Below are positions 40,401-52,400 of a stretch of 64,000 nucleotides of DNA, in pieces; the stretch's first letter is position 1; each line of letters opens with the position of its first letter. The DNA lies in IMG/VR virus record IMGVR_UViG_3300021963_007714, positions 1 to 64,000 of that record; one strand, written 5' to 3'. The DNA is from a virus. Both the position numbers and the translations under genes were made by a program. The notes under the pieces were generated by a model. That model was not told the DNA's origin. It saw only the letters and a list, made by a program, of their open reading frames with translations, and did no database searches.

Positions 40401-43400
40401 CAAGATATACCTGCCAAATATACTAGTGATTATGTTTCATATTATCTTTATGATAATGACATTTTTACTATAACAAATCTTAGCACTGTAACTAGTTATG
40501 TATTGCCATTTATAGACAGCAATGTCAATTTAGATTTGTATACACCAGATAGCACAATACAATTGGCAAATAGAGATTCTGGGTATATCTATCCTAGTCC
40601 TATAACATTTACAAGCTATGATACTACTAGTGTTTCTATAACATTAGCTAGTGAATTGCCTATCATAAGTGGTCCTAGACTATTGTTTATACAGCCATCT
40701 AGTGTAGATATTTTATTAACTCAATCTACAGCTAGCTTTATAACAGCTCAAGGTAGCGTAGGTTCGCTCTATACACAAAGTCTGGTTTCTTCTATTCTAC
40801 CACCTGTATCACCTAGAGAAAGATTATTTTACAGCAGACTGGCACCTGGATATGGATTAAGAGGTATACCTATCGCGGAAAGTACCAGAAGCCAAATTTA
40901 TCCTATAGCGACAGTTACCACACCAAGAGTAGGCGAACATGTAGTAATAGGTGATCCATTCGCCAGCGTAGAACCTACACTAGGGTTAGGCAATTTTACA
41001 TTAAAGCCTAGACGCTCTCTTGTAGTCGGTGATGGCATCGCCATTGCTGGAAATATATTCCAGCCTAATAGAATTGAATATAGCAGATTCCCTGGAGTAT
41101 CACCAGGTGTAGATTTTGGTGTATATATAAGAACTCTATCCACTGTCACATCTAGCGCAGCGATAGTTTACCCAGGTCCGATTATACGAGTTCCTTACTT
41201 AGATAGTAATTACACCAGTGATGTAGTTAATTGGTATATTAATGAAGAAACTCTTTTACCTTTAACAGCAGTTTCTACAAGTACAATAAGGTTAACTTTT
41301 CAAAATACCAGTTATGTCAACCCGCTGAATAAGATACGTGTCTTTAATTCAAATTACACCTATCCTAATTCTATAACGCCAGGATTAATTAATTTAACCA
41401 GTGCTACAAACAACTACATTGAGTTTGCCAATCCAGGTAATTTTCCTGTAATAAGTGAACCAAGATTCCAGTTTGCAGAAATTAGTTCTGTAGATGTTGC
41501 CTTATTCTCTACAAGTGCAACTATTGTTCGTCCAATAGCATCTATATTGACTTCCACGTTGGTTACTGCAACTGTGTTTATGTCTTCGCTAGGAGCGGTT
41601 GATCTTATTACACGCCGTGTAAAAACAAACAACTTTATCAGTACAGATATTACAATTAGTTCTGGTGCTACAACACTTGACTATAGAAGAAAAAATCTAT
41701 TAGGATCAAATATTGCAGATGTACTGAGTACAGCTACACAGCTAACAGCAGGGACACTTACAACTAGAAGAAGTCTGCGTATTGGGGCGATTCTACAAGA
41801 TACACAAATTTCTACACCTGTAATAGCTAAATTTGATTTTATTGTTGCCCGTGCTAGAAGAATTTATAGTCAATGGGAAGGTTTTTACTCTAGTGCTACA
41901 CAAACTATCACACAAATTACTACCACTGCTACAATAAGATATCCTAATGTTGGTATTCCTATTATTTCGCAGCAGGCCAAGTACTCATCAGATGCTGTCA
42001 GCTGGTATATATATGATAATAATACACTGCCTATAAATCAAATTACAACAAGTTCTATAACCTATTTCTTTGATCCTTTTGCTTACATCAACCCAGATAA
42101 TGTGTTTAAAGCAGTAAATGAGCGTACTGGAGTAACACATGCGCCCTTATATGTTACGACTAGCACAGCTGGCAGCGTGACATTTGCAAATACAAGTATA
42201 CCTGTAGTTAGTGATCTAAAGATATATTTTGGCAGTTCATCTACACAAGATATAGTAACCTACAGCAGTCCTATTTTCCTACCTCGTACAGAATCATATG
42301 CTGACCAATTTACAGCAGTCAATAGAGCTAGTGTCCCTAGTGCTTTAAGAAATTATTACATGCACAAGATAGCTCCTGGGTACAACAGCGTGCAGGCAGT
42401 TTCATTTACTCATTTAACTGTGGGAGGTAGACCTCCTAGTCAATTAGACAACTATATTGGTACTGATGTTATTACTAATGAATCTGTCAACCTAGGTGCA
42501 TTACCAAGTAATAGGTATGATGTAGTTAATCAATATATCTATGATACAAATGTTCCACAAAGAACAACAGGTTACGATAGCAATATTACATTGAATTTTG
42601 ATAATAATAATGTTCCAGGAGTAACACCACTGAGATTTAAGCTTGGTCAAACTGTTAGATTTACCCAAAGTGAAAGCACATATACCGGTACAGCTACAAT
42701 AACAATATCAAACCTACAAGGCGTAACGTTTTCAACACCATCTGGATTTCCTGTCCTTGGCGGCATTGTAGTAACCAATATTACCACAGCCAGTTACAGC
42801 GTGGATTGGGCCTTTAGAGATTTATCAGACAAAGTTACATTTAGGAATAATACAAGGGTTTTAGAAAATCTTGCGCAGGTTGGAAGAAAACCTAATCTAA
42901 GAGGAATCAGTATTTTCTTAGAAAGAGGTATAACACATCAGCATACTTTACATAAAACAACCAGTGACGGTCTAGATTTTTATCGTGATTCGAGATTAGA
43001 GGGAGATTACCCTGTACAAACTACAGGAAGGTCTGCGGCTGAACCAATATTAATACCTACACCTGATCTGCGTAATCCTTATAATATTATTAATTCCTAT
43101 ATTTTTGATGATAATATTATTACCAATAATGCCAGAGCTGATAGAATACAATACAATGCTGTACAAAATTATATCTATGACAATGAAATATTTACAAGGT
43201 CAGTGATATCAGCATTTACAGGTACTAACCTCGTTACCTATGATTTTGATAGGAGAGATTTCAATACATTCCCAGCTGGTAGTATGATAAGGTTAAAGTA
43301 TGGTCTTAACCAAATTACTACAGCAACGGTAGTGAGCAGTACCGTATATGGAGTTACAATTCAAGATATAAAACAGTTTCCCGGTGCTAACAATCTAACT

Positions 43401-46400
43401 ATTTCTAGATATCCAGCTACTCTAGCCAATCAATTTACTGATAATTTCACAATTGATAACAAGGGGTATGCCATTTACAATTATTTGCTGGCTAGAATGG
43501 CCCCTGGTATTAGAAAAGGTTATACCAGTAACATATTTTACGCCAGTGAAACAAGTAGATTAGGGCCTTTACCTAAGTTATCAAGTAGTATTGTAGTCAA
43601 ACCAGATTCATGGTATGCTAGTAGAACAGTTACATCTGTCCAAACAAGTTCTACTATTGTATATCCTAATGGCAGGATTGAAATAACAGGTCGTAGTCAA
43701 GAATATACCAATAACACAGTTAACCAATACATCTTTGATAGAGATATATTTGTTGGTTCTTATATACTGTTCAATTCAACATATCTATTAGATAGCAATC
43801 AATACGCTACACCCAATGCAGATCGAATTCAATACAACAGTGTGAATATATACACTTATGATTTAGAATTATATTCAAGAACCAATATATTCCTAGACAG
43901 ATCAGTTATAACCTTGTATTTTAATAAGAATACCATAGTAATTAATCCTAACAACATCGTTAGAGTTAGTAACCAGATTACAGGATACAGCAACACCTTT
44001 ACAATTTTTAATGTTACATCTAGATCAGTTGACCTGCTGAATCCTAATCCATATAGTACATTCCCATCTATAAGTAACCTATTTTTAGAATTTGGTGTAG
44101 TAACAACAAGCGATTCGGCAAGCTTCAGTAATTATAATCGCATACCGATTCTTACACAATCTAATCTACCTGTGAGATCTCCTAGTGTAAGAAGAATCGA
44201 AACCAGTGCTACAACAATGGTTATGAGCTTGCCTACATATAGAGATAGGCTAACCACTGCTGCGAAGGTAATTGCTCCTACACAAATTTCTACTCAGGTA
44301 GCTAAGTCTTCTATAAAGATCAGTATAGGGTCAACTGTAGTAAGTCAAAATTTCAATAGAACTCTAACAGGTATAACCACTTCTACCTCAATTGTCTATC
44401 ATAGTTCAAGAGTGGCGCAAGTTACCGCTATAGGCAATAAATTCACGAACAATATTGTAAGCCTGTACACATTTGAAAGAGATATAATTGTTACTCAAAC
44501 TATTATCAGTCCTACTATAGATGTTTACTATCAAAACATTGTTCCTACTCTTAACTATGATAAGGTAAAAATTGAGCGTGCCGATACAGGTTACTCATTT
44601 GAAAGTAACATAATCAGTTTCCATGCTGGTGTTAGCGGTCTTCCACCTTATATAAAATTACCAGTAAGTATAGGATTCCCTGAAGTCAGCGCAACTCCTA
44701 TATTTTTATCGTTTGGTATTGCTATTCAAAATAATACTCCAATTTATACTGATAGTAACCAAATTGGTTATGTACCTTTACAGAGATATATTAGACAGAA
44801 AAATCAAATATTAACCCCAGTAGTTCAGGCCATTGATGTACCAATGGATCTGCGCAAAACTTGGACTGGTTCTACTGCTAGTAGTGTTATATCATATAGC
44901 GGTAATTATGGATTATTACCTGCTCCGGCAAGTTACACAAGTGATTATGTTTCCACCTATATCAATGATAGTGATATTTTTGTAATCACTCCGTTGGCCT
45001 CTACATCAACCGTTGTTTTAAATTTCCAAACTCACTTAGATATAGTGACTAATTTGAATGAAAACAATGTGATTAGGTTAAGCAACGGAACTAACGAATG
45101 GCAAGCTATTCTTACTCCTACAAATGTGTCAACGACTGCAATCACTTTTACTTACGTTAATTTTCCAGTGATTAGTGAACCTCAGGTATCGTTCCAAAGA
45201 ACCAGTAGTATTGCTACAGCAACTTATACAATGTCAAGAAGTGGCATCTATGTGGAATCTTTGTCCAAACAGACTGTACAGGTTAAAGCAGTAGAGCGTC
45301 GTCCAGAATATGCTGTTACTCGTCAAGGCATAAAATTAATTGGAGAAATAAGTTATCCAGTTAGAACTCTAAGCACTGTAACATCTACCGCCACAATAAG
45401 TTATCCTGGACCTGGCATTGAAATCATAGCTAGAAACAATTTTGATGTCTATAACATTGTATCAGAATATACGTTTGATAGTAATATAATAAGGTCTACA
45501 TCTGTATTAGACACAGTTCAATATAATACTGTTAATCTTTATACCTTCGACAGAGATATATGGATTAGATCGGTCATACGAGAAAACATTACATTATTTT
45601 ATACATTAAACGGACCAAATCCTAGCAACATAATCAAACTATACAAGACTAATACAGGTTATGAAGCAACACCTACTGTACTAGCATTTACTAATTACGA
45701 AGATGGGAAAAAATCAGTTACCATAGCCTATGAACCTAACTTCCCATCAATAAGCAATATGTTTATTCAGTTTGGGTTCAACAGTATTTCTAGCACACCA
45801 ATTTACTTAGATAATAATAGAATACCGTTGGTTACTGGTCCTAGATTCTTAACCAAGAACTATAGGATTCTAAGTTTTGTTCCTGAAGTTAAAGAAGTAT
45901 ATAACCAAAAACAAACACTGACTACTGTAACAACTACTGCTACACAGGTTTTTCCAAATTATGGAATACATACAAGTCATATACCTGCTACCTACACCAG
46001 TGACTATGTAACTTACTATACATATGATAATGATCTGTTCCCACTGACTACAATTAGTCAACCTGGTAATATTACTCTATTCTTTACACCAACTGATTAT
46101 ATTAACAATACCAATCAAATAAGATTAGGTAATAAAGAATATACCTATCCTAGTGTAATAAATTTAACCAGTGCTACTAATACCAGTGTTAGCTTTAACA
46201 TTGTGGGATCATTCCCTATTATATCAGACCCCACAATATTTTTTGCCGAAAACTCGTATATCGACACGGCTATCTATACAGTCTCATCTAGACCTATCAC
46301 CTATGATATTATTAAGCCACAAGGTATAAAATTACAGGATCCATCCAGACCGATTATCACTAAATCAACACTAACAACATTTGTAACTCCTGTAACACAG

Positions 46401-49400
46401 AGATCCAGCATTCCAATAACAGGAATAATTCAGTCTCGAAATAATTTTATTCCTAGTATATATGTACGTGACAATGAAATCTTAAGTTTTACAACTAGCA
46501 CAGCTAATATCAGTGACTTTGTATCGGTGTATACTTTTGATAGAGATATAATAACGGTAAGCAGCTTCAATGCTATAACGCTACAATTTACCTATCCAGG
46601 ATTTAGACAAATTACCGATAAAATCGCAGTGACTAATGTTAACAGCGGATACAGAACAATTCATACTGTATTAACCAGTAGTGAACGCACAGTGACATTT
46701 GCTTCAACCAGTAATTTCCCAAGTGTTTCTGAACTGTATATTGACTTTAATTGGATTAGTTCAACAGCTACAATTTCATACAATGACAGCATCAGCAGTA
46801 TTGCTCTATATCAGCCTAGTCTAATGAGCGAAGGGCAAGTTAGACCAAATGTTATCAACGGAGCCAATGTAAGAGAAGCCTACTTTAAGAGCCTGTTACA
46901 ACCATCAAGAGCTGGTCGCAGATCATTTGTTTATACTACAGAGATCACACCTATAACATATAATCCAAGAATCGAATCTCTACGTACTGTGAATCAACTT
47001 AGAGCCGATAATAGTTATGCCACTAGACAATTAACAGGGCTGTCAACTTCTACAAATATTACCTATCCAAACGCCTCTGTTCCAGTAACTGCTAGAAGTG
47101 GTTTGTTTAATTATAATATTGTGAGAGATTACATCTTTGACAATAATATTTTACCTAGAGAGTCTAGAACAATCAGTGCCATAACATTGTTCTTTGATAA
47201 GAACACTCAATTAGTTACTAACTTGGTAAAAATACAAAGTCCAAGTTTAGGTTATAGTTTTGAAATTACAGCTCTAAGCACAAGTCAAAATAGCATTACA
47301 ATACCAGCTATTCCTTTGCCAGATATATTAGATCTAGTTGTTTATTTTGGAGTTAGTGTGAGCACTAATACACCGATTTACCTAGATTATAATAGGGTAC
47401 CTAATGTAGGTAATCCTAGAGCATTGACCAATAAAAATCAAATACTGAGCCCTGTAGTTTCTAATATAGCGGATATCTCAAACCAGTTTAAAAATTTAAA
47501 CACTGTCACTACAACAAGTACATTGGTATTTCCTAACATAGGTATTCCTATCACTAACCAGGCAGCACAGTATACCAGTGATGTAGTCTCTTACTATATC
47601 TATGATAATGATCTATTACCTATTACGCAGTTAGCATCTACTTCAACAGTTACTCTGTTCTTTAACACCACCACCTACATTAATACTGACAATAAGATTA
47701 AGATTGTTAATCCAAACTGGGAATCATCGGTATACAACCTAACATCTGCCACAAGTTCGTATATAACTTTTGAAGCTGCGAATTTTGGTATTGTAAGTGA
47801 GGGAAGAATATTATTTGCCCAGACTTCTACAATAGACACTGCTGTATACTCTGAGATTAAGATAGCTACTCCTGTGGCTAAACTTTGGACCGGCATTGTT
47901 GTTAAGGATCCTAGCACTCCTAGAATTACTGTAAGACAAACCAGTCAAACTGTGTTTACACCAATAAGGATAAGTGGTGCTATTCCTGTTACCGGAATAA
48001 GATCTAGATCAAATAATTTCGTCAATACCTATATCTATGATACTGAATTCTTAACGTTTACAACATCAAATAATATCACCATAACCTTCGATGCTGTCAG
48101 TGCTGCTCAAGTCGGAAACAGTGTAATTATACATAATGGTCTAGGTTATGTCTCATCGTTCAGTCTCACATCTGCTACCACAAGATTAGCCACTTTTGTT
48201 AATCCAGGTAATTTCCCAGAAATCACCGGAATGTATTTTTATTACTATACCACACAATCTTCTGCTGTGACAATAGGCAATTACGATATAGTTAATAACA
48301 TTACAACAACCACAAGTCAATTAAGTTACTCAAATCAAAGTCCATTCTTTTATCATAGACTTGGTGTAAAGGGAATACCATTCCAGCGTAATCAACTGGC
48401 TACCCAAAATACTCCTGTGGCAAATTATGTCAAGCAGGGGCTAAAGGTTGTTGCGGACAGTTCATATCCTGCTAGATCATTGATTTCAGTTACAACTTCT
48501 TCGGACATAGTTTACATTGGTAATCCAATTTATATCACAGCTAGAAGCACAGAATATACTAATAATGTAGTGAGCCAATATATATTCGAAACAGATAGAT
48601 TTATAGGTAATAGAATTGTTACTGCTACTATTACACTCAGCTTCTACCCGACTGTTTATATAAATCCATTGAACAAGATTAGGCTGGTAAATCCTAATAA
48701 CGGGTATAGCCAAGATATCAACATCAGTAGTTCTACAAATAGAACGATTACCTTTACTCCGCCTTTGGGTGATTTTCCTGCGATCAGTGATTTATACTTC
48801 TTATTTGGACAGACATCAATTTCTTCCACACCGATATATACTGACAACAACAAGGTTACATTAATAGCAGCAATGGCCGCTGTAAGACCAAAATCTGTTA
48901 GAGCATTAATGACTTTACCTGAAGTTGTTGATATTGATAGAGTTTTTCAAACACTGACAACAGTTACTTCGACTAGTTCTTTGGTATTCCCAGGCAGTGG
49001 CACGCCGATATTAAATCAATATCCCACAAATACAACCACAGCAGTGACATGGTACTATAATGATGAGGATATCTTATATGTAACTCAAAATACCAGCAGC
49101 ACTATACGTTTGGCTTTCGAGTCTTCGACTTACATTAATCCTGTCAATAAGATTAAGATCGCACATGATGGATATGAATATCAAAGCATTATTTCTTTGA
49201 CTAGCGCCACTGATACCTACATTGAATTCGCTGACCCAGGTAATTTCCCAGTAGTAATTAATTCTAGAATTTACTTTGCTCAAAGCACCACACAAGATAT
49301 TGCTGTGTATGGACAGGGACGAAGTCCTGTGCGTATTGAAAAATATAGAGATATTAGTATTCTAAAAGAAATTAGATCGACTATAACTTTTAGAACTACA

Positions 49401-52400
49401 AGTACAGTTTATCAAACGCCTACAGGTGCAGTATATCCATTAGCCCTAACTGGTCAGACTGATCTAGTTAATGATAATGTGGTCAATTGGTACATCTATG
49501 ATTACGATACTATAACATTTACTCCAATCACTACAAGCACCATTACCTATAGCTTTGCTACAGGTACTAATTTAATACCGTTAATAAAAAATTCTACTAT
49601 CTACATTTTTAACGAAAATACAAAAATTGGGCAAACTGCGGCAATCGTTGGATTTACTACCAGTACCTTAACTGTAACAAGACCTGGATTACTACCTGAA
49701 ATAAGCGGTACTACTATATATCTAAACTTTACAAGTACTACAGCAGTCAGCACATATTCAGATGATGTACAGAAGATTGCAGGTATTGAAACAAGTGACA
49801 GCTATAAGACTATTTTTGAACCGAGAAATCAAAAGGAAGCTCTATATTGGTCCCTGTTAGCACCTGGAAAGTATGGTCAAACTTTTCCAGCACAGGGTAA
49901 GTCATTAACCGAATTAATCGATAGAAATAAAACTGCGGCATTTTTTAACAAGCTGGTATATAGACCTATAGAAGTTAAAATAACAGACATTAATAATAGT
50001 CTGTCTAGTCCAATTACTGTAACGTCAACTGCCCTTACTTTCTTAAATCCGGGCTATGAAATTGTTGCGCAACTTCCAACGAGCCAATCGATGGACATAG
50101 TAAATTGGTACATAAACGAAAATACTTTATTGCCTATAACAGCCATTACTACCACAAGTTATCAATTAAACTTCTATGGCAACGTTTATCAAAATCCTCT
50201 AAACAAAGTTAGGATTGTAAAAGGAAATTATACAAGTGCTGTATTGACTGTGACCAATTCTATACCAAATCAAATTACAGTTAATGCACCTCTAGGACTT
50301 CCACCAGTTTCTGGAGGGTTCATCTACTTCGCAGACAACATCAGTATTGACACTGCTAGCTACACTGATGTAAAACGTGTGCCTGTCACCGGTAACTTAC
50401 TTACCCAATCAAGTATCGTAACTAATTTAGCACCTATAACACCTCAGCAACATTTATTTTGGAGCCTATTAAGTCCTAGTAGTTATGGTAGAAGTGAAAT
50501 CATAATTGGCAAGCAGACTGCTCCTATTGTTGGCGCTAGAGATATTAATCCTACTGTACAATCTGCTGTATATGGTACAAGCACGGTTATCTATATCACT
50601 AATCCAGTATCAGTTAATGGCAGATCAAATGAATTTACCAATAATGTTGTGAACGATTATATCTATGATAATGATATCAGTATCTTCGTTCCGATAACTA
50701 CCAGCACAGTGACATTATTCTACGATAATGATCAGGCCATAACTAGTAATTACATTAGGTTGGTGAAAAATTTCACAGGATATACACAAGATTTTAATGC
50801 TATAACAGTCACTAATTCACAAACTACCTTCGTAACAACAAGTAGTTTGCCTGCTATAAGTGAAATGCAAATTTACTTTGGCTATCCAACAATTACCGAT
50901 GTTATTACTTACAATGATACCGGAAGAGTGGAGAATATAGCCGCTATTTCTAGTATACCAAAACTTCAGCTCATTACATTGGGTATAAAAGGTTATAACG
51001 GTATTACACTAAATCCGTTAGATAAGGTGTTAAGAGAAAGTGATCCTTTCTATAAAATTAAAACTTTAACCTCTGTTTCATCTACTTCCACTATTGTATA
51101 TCCTAATCAAGGTTATGAACCTATCGCTGTAACAGATTCTATCAGTGATAATTTTGTAACTGTATATACCTACGATCAAGAAGTATTGTTACAGACCTAT
51201 ACCACAAGTTCGTTTATTACCTATGACTTTTATGCCACAGGATACTATATAAATCCAAATAACACTGTAAGAATAGTCAATAGCAATAATGGATTTGACA
51301 GAATTTACAGTATTGTATCTGCTACTAATTATTCTATCACAGTTTCTAATACCGGTGATCTTCCAGATGTTTCAGGAACAAGATTGTTCTTTGGCATTAA
51401 TACAACTATTGATACAGATAATTATTCATATAGTGTACAGAACTTCGATAATCTAATTGGTAATTTAACTCAAGCGTCACAAAGACTTGGAGAGGCTGTT
51501 TCTGGAATAAAATTATCTAGCTTTAGTTTACAAAATTATGATAACCCGGGATTCATATTAGATCCTTATTATGGAATTGTATCAGACTCAACCTATCAAA
51601 ATAATTCTTTAGAATATATTACCTATGATAAAGATGTTTTTGTTACAGGGATATTAAGTCGTGGAGTAACAACTACACTCTATATCAATAATCCATATAA
51701 TAAGATCTATGATCCAAAATTATTGTTTTATCCAACAAACTATGCCAAGTTAACCTTAGGTACCTTTACTAGTGTGGTTTACCTGTTGGCAACTGATTAT
51801 TATACAGTGACATTTAATACTGTAGCAGGTATGCCAGTAGAAGTTAATGGTATGACAATTGTAAATGTCAGCTATGCTTACTATCCACAAAGTGAAGCTA
51901 ATAAGATTGTATTGACCAATGGTATTTTATTCCAGCCTACTACTCCTAAGCAGGCACTAGCCAGCAGTTTGTACAATCCATTAAGGGGTATTGATTATAA
52001 CATTGATCGGGTTCTTCATCAACCTACTACAATACTGAAATACGATCCTAAACTCAGTACTTTCTATAGTAGTAGAATACCTGGAGATTTCAGTCATGTA
52101 TTGCTAGATCAAACATCAAATACTAGGGAAATATATGACATTCCTACCTGGTATGAATATGATCGTGACCTACTAACATATTCTACAGGTTCTGTATCTA
52201 CTAAGAAGCTAAGTTTCAATACTATTGTAGGTGTACCATTTCCTGCTGGTAGATCTATAAGAATTCGTAATGACAGCATTAATCTAAATTACATTACTAC
52301 AGTTACAGAAGCTGCAGTTGGATATGTTATTATAAATCAACCTACTGTGACCTTCCCAACAGCTGGTACTTTTGTAGAATTGGTTGAATCTGTGCTTTAT